Virus record (IMG/VR): IMGVR_UViG_3300001605_000027
Direction: 5' to 3' (one strand)
Source of the DNA: an uncultured virus (IMG/VR IMGVR_UViG_3300001605_000027)
Taxonomy: Duplodnaviria; Heunggongvirae; Uroviricota; Caudoviricetes
DNA length: 64,000 bases
Positions 29,082 to 39,284 of this stretch are shown in pieces. Position 1 is the stretch's first letter. Each line of letters begins with the position of its first letter. Under the pieces are notes generated by a model. The model was not told where the DNA came from, made no database searches, and saw nothing but the letters and a program-made list of their open reading frames with translations. The translations under genes were made by a program, and so were the position numbers.

Positions 29082-29438
29082 ATGCGAAAGTGGACACAAT
29101 CGATACGCCGATGGCTAAACCAGCGTCGTAGTCGCCGAATCGAACGGGCGTTGAAAAGCCGACACAGCCGTGCCCTGCGGGACGCGGCAGAGTTACTTCG
29201 TCAACGCAAACAAACGATCGACGAACTGAACGCGTTGGCCGATTCGTTGCGTGAAGATATCGAACAAGCCAACCACCGGGCGGCCAGGCTCGAACGCGAG
29301 TTGGAGCTTGCCAAGATGGAAAACGAACTACTTTCGGCGATTCATAGCCGCGACATTGAACGCGTCCGAACCGAAACCCATATATCGGTCGCCCGTGCCG
29401 CCGGTGTCATGGGATCGCTCCAATCGATAGGGGAATGA
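29082..29438 (+). CDS. Coiled-coil hypothetical protein
   Basis: Heptad-rich ORF between terL and portal. Confidence 0.55.
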   Translation: MRKWTQSIRRWLNQRRSRRIERALKSRHSRALRDAAELLRQRKQTIDELNALADSLREDIEQANHRAARLERELELAKMENELLSAIHSRDIERVRTETHISVARAAGVMGSLQSIGE

Positions 29439-29439
29439 G

Positions 29440-30894
29440 ATGGTCGGACTTTCAGCCAAGAATTACAGCTTCGAAAAACGTCGGGCCGATTCGCTCCGGT
29501 CGCCGTCACGGACTGGCGGGACAACGCAAGTCGGCGGCGTCTATGGCGGGCAGGGTGCCGGTGGCTCGCTGTCGTTCGGAAGCGACAACAGCTACGCCGA
29601 TCGTCAGTACGCGATGTTCCGCGATATTCCCTATTCGGCCATTCGTCCGATCTGCGTCCGGTTCGCCAGCCAGCCGATTCGGGTTGCGATCACTCCGGTT
29701 CGGCGTGTCCGCAGCCAAGAATCCGAGATGGTCGCGATGCGTAAGTCGCTGCGATCGTTCGGCTACGTTGCCGACCGCGACGAAGTGAAGTTTGAGCGAC
29801 GCCAACGGGTGTTGAAGTCTCATCAACCGATGTGGATTAAGCAGTCGTTGCCGCCGGACGCGGTGGTGCTGGACTCGCACGAAATCATCGACGCGTTGAA
29901 CAACAGCAACGACATTCTCGACGGCTATCGAACGCAATATCTGACGGCGGCGTCGTTGATGTTGGCTGGCAAGGCGTTGATTATGTGGGACCGGCGATCG
30001 CCCACGACAACCGTCGATGGCCAGCAGACGCCTGGCGTGTTCTACATTCCGATCCACTGGGCCGAAGCCCGCCATGCTAGTGGTCCGTTTAGCGGCTGGA
30101 CGATCAAGCCACCCCAAGGCGGCGAGACTCAGGAAATCAGCAAGGGCGAGTTCATTTATATGACGATGCCCGATCCGCGTGATCCGCTGTCGGCAGTGTC
30201 GCCAACGCAGGCCCAAGCCAAGACGATCAACACGGGCGATAAGATTCACGACGCCCACTTCCACGGGCTTAACAACCTGATCCGTCCGTCGTATGCCATT
30301 TCGATGGGGCGTGTTCCCGACGGCACCGGCGGCCAGTCACGGCCTTATGTGAAGCGAGAAAATCGCCGAAAGATAACTGACTTGGTCAAGGGCTACGTTC
30401 AAGGCGTGATGAACCGGGGCGAGCCGATCTTGTTGGATGCTTTGATCGATGACATTAAAGACATCGGCACCCGTCCGACCGACCTAGATTACGCCCAAGG
30501 CAGCGACTTGGTCGAACGTCGGATGATGCAGGGCTACGGGGTGTCGCCGATTGTCGCCGGATTCTCACAGTCCGCCAATCGTGCCGGTTCCGCCGAAGCC
30601 CACTCGATCTTTTATCAACTGGTCGTCAATCCGCTGCTGTCGCTCGCTGGCAGTGCCTACACCCACGCACTTGGCCCGCAGTATTCCAATCAGCGGTACA
30701 AGGTGACGGTTTACTTCGACGCCGCATCGGCGGACGACGAAGACGCCAAGCGTAGCCGGGTGATGATGTTCAAAGATCGATTGTCGCCGGTTGAATCGCG
30801 TCGCTACATGCGAACCGGCGAACTGGATTATCAGGATGAGGACGTGGTAGAAGAAACTCAAACAGCCGGGGGAACTGGTGGCACAGTCGAATGA
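29440..30894 (+). CDS. Portal protein
   Basis: 484 aa after terL; PDPRDPLSAVSP and YGVSPIVAG..ANRA resemble HK97-like portals. Confidence 0.75.
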   Translation: MVGLSAKNYSFEKRRADSLRSPSRTGGTTQVGGVYGGQGAGGSLSFGSDNSYADRQYAMFRDIPYSAIRPICVRFASQPIRVAITPVRRVRSQESEMVAMRKSLRSFGYVADRDEVKFERRQRVLKSHQPMWIKQSLPPDAVVLDSHEIIDALNNSNDILDGYRTQYLTAASLMLAGKALIMWDRRSPTTTVDGQQTPGVFYIPIHWAEARHASGPFSGWTIKPPQGGETQEISKGEFIYMTMPDPRDPLSAVSPTQAQAKTINTGDKIHDAHFHGLNNLIRPSYAISMGRVPDGTGGQSRPYVKRENRRKITDLVKGYVQGVMNRGEPILLDALIDDIKDIGTRPTDLDYAQGSDLVERRMMQGYGVSPIVAGFSQSANRAGSAEAHSIFYQLVVNPLLSLAGSAYTHALGPQYSNQRYKVTVYFDAASADDEDAKRSRVMMFKDRLSPVESRRYMRTGELDYQDEDVVEETQTAGGTGGTVE

Positions 30895-31374
30895 CGATAC
30901 GAGCGAGTCCGAGCGGGCGGCCAAGAGTATCAGCGGGATTTATATCGGGACGGCATGCGGCAATCCGAGTGAGCGGGCAACGCTGGCAGCGGCGATCAGC
31001 CAATTGGTTGATAAGATTGGCCAGCACGTCGGGCGTCCGTTTTCTTACGTCGATATTGGCCTGCGGATCGAGATACGAGGCGGCGAAGTCAAGATCGCAA
31101 GCATCAACTCCGATCAAATGTTCAAACCGAAGGGGGCAACATGATTGCACGCAATCCAGACGTTGAAGTGCTGCGTCCGGGGACGCTGGTGTTACTTCAT
31201 GGCCACATCGAAGCGATGATTCTGTCGGCGACCATTCGCGGCGAAGATTGCCAGAACGTCAACTACGAGTGCCGCTGGTTCGATGGTGCCGTCAGTACCG
31301 TCGATTCGTTTGCGGCGTTCGAAGTCGAACCGATGGACGAAGGCGAGATGAAAGCGACGGTGGGGTTCCAGTGA
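30878..31374 (+). CDS. Two small hypothetical genes (30878-31144, 31141-31374)
   Basis: Overlapping starts and stops. Confidence 0.5.
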
Positions 31375-32057
31375 ACGATCGACACTATCAAGCCATCGTC
31401 GTCGACACCGAGACGACGGGATTCAAAGAACCCGAAGTCATTCAGTTGGCATGGGCCGATCCTGACAACGGCCAAGTGTGGACGAATCTGTACCGACCGA
31501 CGAAGCCGATCGAACTTGGGGCGTTGGCGGCGTGTCACATTCTGCCATCCGATCTGCGACACTGCGAGCCATCGTCCGAAGCCATCGGCATGTTGCCGTC
31601 GTGCGATTACGTGATTGGCCATAACGTCGACTATGACGCCGACGTGCTTGGCGGCATGGCCGGAGTCAAGCGGATTTGCACGCTGGCGATGGCACGACAC
31701 CACTGGCCACAACTGGACTCGCATAAACTGTCGGCGTTGGCCTACCACACGATGGGCGTCAACGACGATACGCGGCAATTCCTACGCGGTGCCCACGACG
31801 CGAAAGTCGACGTGTTGATTTGCATCACCGTGCTGGATGAGATTGCACGTCAACGGGGACTAATGAAGGACGCCACGACGTTTGATTGGTCGGCGGTCTA
31901 TGAATACAGCGAGATTGCGAGGGTGCCAACGGAAATGACGTTCGGCAAGCACAAGGGCGAGCCGATCAAAGACTTGCCCAAGAGCTATGTCGATTGGTTC
32001 CTTAAACAGTCGGACGTCGATCCGTATCTGCGGCGGGCGTTGGAAGCGGCGAGGTAA
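31371..32057 (+). CDS. DEDDh 3'-5' exonuclease, exonuclease X-like
   Basis: VDTETTG, IGHNVDYD, AHDAKVD motifs and C-terminal MTFGKHKGEPIKDLPKSYVDW. Confidence 0.85.
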   Translation: MNDRHYQAIVVDTETTGFKEPEVIQLAWADPDNGQVWTNLYRPTKPIELGALAACHILPSDLRHCEPSSEAIGMLPSCDYVIGHNVDYDADVLGGMAGVKRICTLAMARHHWPQLDSHKLSALAYHTMGVNDDTRQFLRGAHDAKVDVLICITVLDEIARQRGLMKDATTFDWSAVYEYSEIARVPTEMTFGKHKGEPIKDLPKSYVDWFLKQSDVDPYLRRALEAAR

Positions 32058-32158
32058 AGACGCTGCGGTTATCGCTTGGTACGCAGCCAGTCCGCTAGGA
32101 CCACCGCAACTGTGGCGTCAGTTGCCAACGGGCTAGTTTAACGTGGGGCCAAACCACA

Positions 32159-32719
32159 TCACCCCACCAGCCCCAATAACTTGGCCTGCTTCAACCAAAA
32201 CTTGATCGTCTTCGGGTTGATCCTCAGTCCGTCGGCAATCGCCGACTCGCTGTCGCCGCCCATCCGCATGGCCAACGCTTGGTAAGGTAGCTTCGCCGCA
32301 GCCGTCGACGTCGTGCCTTGCGGGGCCAACGTTGGATCGGTGATCGTCGCGTCGACGGCCAGAATGCCAGACTCGAACGCTTGCTGGACGATGATTGATA
32401 CCCGCTGCTTCGATACGCCGGTATCGGCGGCGATGTCGGCAATCGATTTGCCCTCGCGTCGTAGCTTGGCAATGACGAATGCACGGGTGATCGAATTGCC
32501 GTCAAGGTGCGACGACGACGGGCGAGGGATCGGGATGCCGCAGTGCCGCATGTAATTGCGGACACTTTGCACCGTCATATTGAATTTGTTGGCGGCGTCG
32601 GCGATCGACTCGCTGGTGATGGCGTCGCCGTACTTCTCGCGAAGAAAATCGGCGACGGCTTGGCGACGCTTGACAACCGACTCGGCGGTACGGCTTGGCT
32701 TGGCTGGCACTTTTGGCAT
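32159..32719 (-). CDS. Multi-HTH DNA-binding protein
   Basis: Three HTH-like segments, e.g. SIADIAADTGVSKQRVSII and SAIADGLRINPKTIKFW. Confidence 0.65.
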   Translation of the reverse strand: MPKVPAKPSRTAESVVKRRQAVADFLREKYGDAITSESIADAANKFNMTVQSVRNYMRHCGIPIPRPSSSHLDGNSITRAFVIAKLRREGKSIADIAADTGVSKQRVSIIVQQAFESGILAVDATITDPTLAPQGTTSTAAAKLPYQALAMRMGGDSESAIADGLRINPKTIKFWLKQAKLLGLVG

Positions 32720-32809
32720 GGGTTGCTCCGTTGTGGACAAAGACAACAGTATGCCGTCGGGCGGCGATCGGTCAACGGGTAAAATCATGTTTTGTGTGTT
32801 GTTGGGATT

Positions 32810-35389
32810 CTATCGCTTAGTGACGACTACCATCGACGCGTCGACTTCGTCGCCCATGACCGAACGAACGATATCGTCGGCGATTCCAGTGGTAACGTCG
32901 GTATCGTAGTCGCCGGGGACAACTCCGGCCCAGCTATCGCGTGCCGCTGCATGCGTCGCTGCGTTGGATTCTTCGGTGCGGTCGATCATCTGACCGCCAC
33001 GGAACTTTGCGGCGATCCAGCCGCTGCCTTCGGGGTGCAAGAAATAGACGCCGTCGTGAATGCTAGTTGCCATCGGTGGTTGCCTTGATCGGAGAAAGAA
33101 ACGAATTGTGGACGCGGGCCACGGTGACCCGCCGCACAGAGCCTAACCACACTCTGCCTTAGGCAATGCCAGCGGCTTTTGCCATGTTCGTCGGGTCGAT
33201 CAACACCAACGGCCGGTTGTCGTCGAATCCGTTGACTACTGCGTGCCACAACGAAGTTTCGTCGTTCCATTTTTCCGATTTGAGCGAGTCGATGGTGTCG
33301 CTTGGTTGCAGTTTAACCGCCATACCGTGCCGCCAGCGGACGGCACCGCCAGCCATCGTGTCGATGCCGCCGAATCCATCGCGGATTAAGTACCGGTCGC
33401 CATTGTTGGCTTCGACGATTGCGTCGGTGCCCTTGAATCCGTAGTCGCGTTCTACCGATTCATGTTCGATTAACTTGGTCATTTCTGTTGCCTTGATTGG
33501 TGGTTAAAAACATCCGCCCGGTTCAACTACCTTCGATCACAGCCCGGGCTTTGCTGTTGTCGATTCGTACGATTCTAACGATCTCCACCGGGTGGAACAT
33601 CGCCACGATAGCGGCGATCGGATCGGTGGCTAGCGAGCCGTCGCAATACGAACGCCACGTGCCAGATAGGTCACGGGCGACCCACTGCGGGCCGCTTCCC
33701 TTCAATCCGTCTTCGGATCGGAAGTCGTCTTCGAGTTTGACGATTACGTTGTAAGTGCTCATCGCATCCCCGCATTGACTTCAACGGCTTGGCAGTATTC
33801 CGGCCCATAAACGCGATACAATCGCGTCGCGTGGGCTTCGGTGTAGTCGCCGCGTTCGTCGCAAGCAACGAATACGCGGTAGTCTTTGAGCGTGCCCTTG
33901 GGGCTTCGCATGCGGCCCGCCACGGCTGTTTTTAGCCGTCGGGCTTTGGCGTCGATTTGCTTCGGTGTCATCGCTTGAACGCTTCCAATGCTTGGGCCGC
34001 ACGGTTGACAAGATCAAGGGCTTCGGCGACGGCCTTGATACGTTCGTCGGTTGCCGGTTGCTTGGCGACGTCGCCAGCGATCGACTCGACGTCTTCAATC
34101 GATTCAAGTAGCTGATTCATGACGTCGTCAAGAATGTCGTCGGGCGTTGGCCCCGTCGGATCGACGAACAGTTCGATCGTTAAGCATAGCCCCGCTGAAT
34201 CGCATGCCGACACGTGATAGTTGCCATGGCCGTCAAATGACTTGTGGCCCATCGCAACGGCGACCGCGTGATCGATCTGGCCAGCGTACGCTTGCAAGTC
34301 GGCGATGTCGCCGCCGGTTGGCTTGGCGACGCTGTCGATGGCTTGACGTATCGACGCGTGCAAAACTTCGTCACGTTCGCCATCGCCCCATTGGTCGATG
34401 TCTTCATACCAATCGGCGATCAATTCGACGGCTTCGTCGAAAGTATCGGCCCGCTCGATTGCGTTGTTGTCGCTGATTGTGTAGCCGTTAAACGTGGGCA
34501 TGGTGGTTGCCTTGTGGGGTGGTGGTTAGTGAAAAACGGAACGATTGGCAAAACGCAGCGTTTGCCAGTAGGTGTCGACCATCGCCGGTGACCAGACGCC
34601 ACGATAGCGAGTGTATCGACGGGCCGAACGGATCATACGGGCCGCTGTCGCTCGCCACTCTGGCGACGCGTATGGCGTCGCGGTCAATTGCTTCCAATTG
34701 ACGTTTCGGCCTTCGACGATTGAGATTGTCGACCATCGGCCAATGTAGTAGCGGCTGGTTGCCATCGGTGGTGCCTTGTGGGGTGGTTGTGGTTGGATCA
34801 AACGCGTTCAACGGCTTGCCATGTGTTGCCGCTGAGGCAATCACTCATGTATCGGGCTTCGGCGTTGACGTTGCAGCAATCGTCGAACCGATCGGCTTTG
34901 ACCATTGAATTGCTGAGAACGACATAGCCAACGCAATGGCTGATTGCTGCCATGCGTCGCGAATATGCCGCACGGGCGATACTCTTGAACCGATCGAACG
35001 ACAACCCGCCCTCGCTGCATGGCCAGTTGCGTTCGACATAATTCTTGACGCGTTCGGCGGCCATGCCGTTGTGGTGGAAGTTTGCCGCCGACTCGCCGGT
35101 CGACTTGGCCCATTGCGTGTCGCGTTGGATATTCTGGCTGTTGGTCATTGGTGGTGACTTGGTTGGTTGGTTGGCTGGCTGGTCGTGGTTGGATCAAACG
35201 CTATCGCCGCCTCGCGACGATTGCCGAGACTTGATCAAGCCCATTGTCGAACGCGGCTTTCGACACCTCGCCGCCTACGATCGGCACTCGCACTTCGGCG
35301 TTGCCGATGTGGCATACGAGTTCGTTGCCACGCACTACCATGCCCAGGCCACGCGACAAGAATCGCTTCTTTGCTGTTTCTACTGACAT
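32810..35389 (-). CDS. Array of eight small early genes (35201-35389, 34798-35148, 34526-34765, 33968-34501, 33759-33971, 33523-33762, 33159-33482, 32810-33073)
   Basis: Co-oriented ORFs downstream of the promoter at 35449-35485; most are preceded by CAAGGCA(A)CCACC-type leaders. Confidence 0.65.
33107..33157 (-). ncRNA. Pistol-ribozyme-like catalytic core lacking P1
   Basis: GCAGAG-UGUGG-UUAGG-CUCUGU-GCG-[GCGGGUC..GGCCCGC]-GU-CCACA. Confidence 0.5.
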
Positions 35390-35448
35390 TGCTTTACCTT
35401 GCGTTACTGGTGGTTCTCATTCGCAGCACTTCGCTGCGTTGTTCCATC

Positions 35449-35485
35449 AGTTTAGGTTTATCGGCTATCGGTGTCAACAGCAAAA
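35449..35485 (-). promoter_or_regulatory. Phage promoter family copy
   Basis: TTTTGCTG-TTGACA-ccgatagccgataaacc-TAAACT on the minus strand. Confidence 0.85.
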
Positions 35486-35520
35486 GCAAAAGATTTTATT
35501 TTGCTGCAAATTACCGTCTT

Positions 35521-36102
35521 TTATCGCGTGAACACCAGATATCTTGTTCGACAATACGCCGTATCGTAGCCGTGGCTTCGGAACAACCGGATCAATTCCC
35601 GCGACCGCTCGTCATGCCCATAGCGGTAGTCGTTGTGCTCGACTGACCAGTTGGCGACGTTCCATCGGTCAAAGTCGAACGTGCTTAGGATGTCGACCTC
35701 GCTTCCTTCGGTGTCGATCGAAATGTAGTCGATCCACTGCGGAGCGTTTTCTTGTTCCAGTAGTTCATTCAGGCTGATTGTCTCGACTTCGATCAGCGGC
35801 CATTCGTCGTGGCCATCGGGCAGGTACGCTTCGATGCCGCTGTTCATTGCGTCGACGCGGAACCGCAGCATTTGTCCGCCGACTCCGGCGACCGCAACGC
35901 GGCGACACTTGCACGACCGAACCTTTGCCATCGCGTCGAACATGGACGGCAGCGGCTCAACGCAGATGCCCTTCCATCCGGCTTGTTCAAGACTCAGCGT
36001 GTTCGAGCAAGCGACGCCGTCATAGGCTCCGATGTCGACAAAGAACCCTTGGCCAGCGACCTTTTCGAGAATCCATTGGTCCTGACCGATCTGGCTGTTC
36101 AT
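35521..36102 (-). CDS. FkbM-family SAM-dependent methyltransferase
   Basis: SQIGQD, FFVDIGAYDG..SNT, GWKGICVEP, IDYISIDTEGSE. Confidence 0.85.
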   Translation of the reverse strand: MNSQIGQDQWILEKVAGQGFFVDIGAYDGVACSNTLSLEQAGWKGICVEPLPSMFDAMAKVRSCKCRRVAVAGVGGQMLRFRVDAMNSGIEAYLPDGHDEWPLIEVETISLNELLEQENAPQWIDYISIDTEGSEVDILSTFDFDRWNVANWSVEHNDYRYGHDERSRELIRLFRSHGYDTAYCRTRYLVFTR

Positions 36103-37117
36103 AGTAATCCTCGAATGTGTGGTGCTAACGTTGTCCAGTCCCGATGGGCGACAACCCAATCGCGGGCGTCTCTACTGGCTTGCGAAATGTCGGTGCCGAG
36201 TGCCTTTCGCATCGCCTTGATAACCGACTCCGGCGACACGTCCCACGACGCGTATCGGTAATGTGCCAAGTCAAGCCGGTTGGGTGTGCATGGCAACCGC
36301 ACCCACGGATTCTTCTCGTTCATCGGCGGCCCGTCGGTACACATTAGCGGCATGCCAGCGGCTTGACATTCGAGCAACTGGACACCAAGCCCCTCAAACC
36401 GCGACGGCATGACGAACACGTCGCCTTCTCGATAGATATCGCCCGGCGAATCGGCGGCCCCGCGAAAGTCGACGCCATCGGGCCAAACTGTTGGTATATG
36501 GTTCGCCCCGCTGGTGTAGCCCTTCTGGACTTGGCTGTAAATCGTGATCGGCAAGTCAGGTGCCATGCGGGCGACTTCGGCCATGATAAGGCCGCCTTTG
36601 CGATCGTCGCGTCCGCCGTTGCCTTGGGCATAAACGAACCGGTTGCATGTTCGCCGCTGGCGATACTCAAACGCCCCGGTGTCGATCGGCCATGGGCAGT
36701 ATTTGACGTTGCCGGGACAATCAAGCATTTGCAGTTGACTATAAGAAAACGCCGTCGGTGCCAGCCACGTGTCGACATACTTGGCCCACGGCCCGCCAAG
36801 GTTAACGCATTCGACCATGGGGACGCAGACGACTTTAACGCCCATTTTGTTGGCGATCTCGGGGATATGTTCCGCCATGTTGATCGTTTCGACAAAGATA
36901 AAGACGTCTAGACCCGCTCATCCAGCTACGGACTGAATGGTGCGGAATCGATCGTCTGGTTTATCACGCAATTGTCGACAGAATCGAGCAATGGCAACGT
37001 CGGAAATCTAGGATGTTTCGCAACCATCCAACGATCGATTCCTAAGTGCTTGGCAATGTCGCGATTGACGTAGCCAAGCCCCTGGGCTGTGTTGAATCCG
37101 AATAGTCCGATTTTCAT
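36099..37117 (-). CDS. GT-B (GT4-like) glycosyltransferase (indel near 36925)
   Basis: N-terminal MKIGLFGFNTAQGLGY in ORF 36926-37117; DVFVMPSRFEGLGVQLLECQAAGMP in ORF 36099-36878. Confidence 0.8.
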
Positions 37118-37885
37118 AGTATTTGTTCGTTTCTAAAGGCTTTCCGTGGTCGGCGATGCGATAGGCATTGCGTTTTTCAGTGTTAGTGCCGTGTCCGATC
37201 GATGAATACTCGGCAATGTGGGCGACTGGCGACGGATCGCAGAACCACATTGCCATACAAGAGTGCGTTGACGATCTGCCCGATGGCGGTGTCGAATGTT
37301 GGCGATCAACGACGGATCGGATCGTCGATCGGAAAATGCCGCCGCCGTTCGTTTCTTATAGTCGTCCCTGCGTTCACCATCTTGCCTTTTGGGTGCGACG
37401 CCTAGCCAAGAATCTACCAACGGATGGTTGACGACGGCGGCCAGCGTATCGGGCTTCCACACCAACGACAATGCACCCCAAAGGTTATGCGTCGCCACTT
37501 TGCGGACGCCGGTTGGTTGCAGCCTTTGCTTGCGGTCGATCGTGTAATGCATCGGAGTGTAGAGCGAAACGAACGCGGCCCGCCGTGGCCATCGGATCGA
37601 CTCGATAAACTCTTGACTATTAGGATGAAACAACGCGTCGTCTTGGGCGGTCAATATAAGGTCGGACTGCTGGCTAAGTGCCCATCGCGACGCCCGAAGC
37701 CAGTTGTGCCAAGCCCCCAGTCGTTCGCTGTTTTGTATGACGTCGTAGCCGTCGACGTGCGTTGATCCCGGTTCGGCGAAGATCGTAGGCGTCCAGCCGC
37801 ATGCCGCCATTGAATCTAAGCAGCGGCCAAGCGTGCAATCGCGACGCGGTGAGGTGGTGACGATGGCGGACCAGCGGGGTGTCAT
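37114..37885 (-). CDS. GT-A-like glycosyltransferase (indels near 37260-37300; 3' end approximate)
   Basis: AIVTTSPR, LILTAQDDALF (DxD-like), FVSLYTP, WGALSLVW, PSPVAHI..SSIGH. Confidence 0.65.
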
Positions 37886-38121
37886 TGTGATGGCAATTCT
37901 TTTGCGGTGTGATCGTCGCCAATTGCTTTGGTCGACTTGCTCGTACAGACATTGCAGAAATGCAAAATTGATAGTCCTGGTTTGAGTTTGCGGATCATGC
38001 ACTCGGTGTGCATGCCGCAGCGATAGACGTTCGTATTTCCCGCACAATTACAGTTTATTTGCCGGATGATTTCGCCGCGATGAACGCAAGCATGCGGGCC
38101 GTCCGTTAAAGTGTCGACCAT
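37882..38121 (-). CDS. Small Cys-rich protein
   Basis: CVHRGE..CNC..YRCGMHTEC..CNVC; coupled to both neighbours. Confidence 0.6.
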   Translation of the reverse strand: MVDTLTDGPHACVHRGEIIRQINCNCAGNTNVYRCGMHTECMIRKLKPGLSILHFCNVCTSKSTKAIGDDHTAKELPSQ

Positions 38122-39284
38122 GTGACCAACGATGCCGCTTGAGCCGATGTAAACGAAGGGGCTTTGCTCAGATTGTCATAATTGGAAAGTGAAAAACCTC
38201 TTACAATCAAGCCTGCCGACGCCTGGACAACCACCACCTGAGTATATGATTCTGGCTTAGGGTATGGATTCGCTACGGTTTGCCGTCGCCAAAGTACTTG
38301 CTGCTGTAGCCCAATGCTTGACCGACCGCCTGACATAATGCCCTGGTCGTTAAAAAACAATTCCTCCCTGTGCGGGCCGGTTCGCGATCCGTTTGTCCCG
38401 TTGTTTGTTCCTCCACGAAACGAAAACAATGGGGCTATTTCACTTGGCAAACTGAAGTCAATGGGAATAAAAACAATATCCCGCCAGCGGTAGTCGGTGA
38501 GCGTTTGCGCCCCCGGCGTTTGGCTGTAAATTGGGTGCGGCGAACTGTTGATCGTGTCTGGAATGCTGGACGTGTTTCTCGCAAATGGCGAGAACAGTAT
38601 GTAGTCTGAAAATGTGTTTGTGTAGAAACCCTGATTCTGCGAAAGCATAAGTTGCTCGGTGCCGTCAGGTAGCGTTGGACGCTGGCACTGTTCAACGATC
38701 TCGTCGCCACGGATAACAACACTCATATCTGCGACAGTCCACCGGACAACCGAACCGCTGGCTGACGCCATTGTCAGCGTCACCGGTCTTACGCTTGGAT
38801 CGTTAATGCGATCAATTATCTGAATGGCACCACGCGATGAACCAAAGAAACCACCGCGATCATCTAGGTGCAACGGGAAGTACATAACGCCATACCAGTC
38901 CGGCGTAACCACCAACATGATCTCAGTCGCTTGGATACCGGTTGGCACCATTGGCATAACAGGGATGTCGCTGCCATTTGAACGGACTACGCCCTGCCCT
39001 GGCCTAATCTCGATGGCAATCCCATCCCACTCAATGTCAATGTCGCCAGTGAATCGGATTCGGTGATACCATGCTTCAGATCTTGGTGAAAGTATTCTTG
39101 ACTTAGGACGCATTCTTTGGCCGCTCGAAAGCGTCACCGGCGAAGTGCTGAACACACCCAACTGGCCTTCGTTGATTTCAAAGGACGACCATCCGATATC
39201 CGGGAACGACTCTTTCGGGAACACTTCCGACAAGCACTCGAAGCCGCAGCAGTCGCAGTTGGGTGAGAACTTTAGCGTCGTCAT
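38106..39284 (-). CDS. Putative tail tip / receptor-binding protein
   Basis: N-terminal SPNCDCC motif, beta-rich, AT-richer than its flanks; third gene of the minus-strand structural block. Confidence 0.45.
   Translation of the reverse strand: MTTLKFSPNCDCCGFECLSEVFPKESFPDIGWSSFEINEGQLGVFSTSPVTLSSGQRMRPKSRILSPRSEAWYHRIRFTGDIDIEWDGIAIEIRPGQGVVRSNGSDIPVMPMVPTGIQATEIMLVVTPDWYGVMYFPLHLDDRGGFFGSSRGAIQIIDRINDPSVRPVTLTMASASGSVVRWTVADMSVVIRGDEIVEQCQRPTLPDGTEQLMLSQNQGFYTNTFSDYILFSPFARNTSSIPDTINSSPHPIYSQTPGAQTLTDYRWRDIVFIPIDFSLPSEIAPLFSFRGGTNNGTNGSRTGPHREELFFNDQGIMSGGRSSIGLQQQVLWRRQTVANPYPKPESYTQVVVVQASAGLIVRGFSLSNYDNLSKAPSFTSAQAASLVTWSTL

Noticed and set aside
35150..35200. (GGTT)n/(GGCT)n tetramer run as a CRISPR or phase-variation tract
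   Set aside because: It is a short intergenic low-complexity stretch within the A/C-rich leader family, with no repeat-spacer structure and no cas genes.
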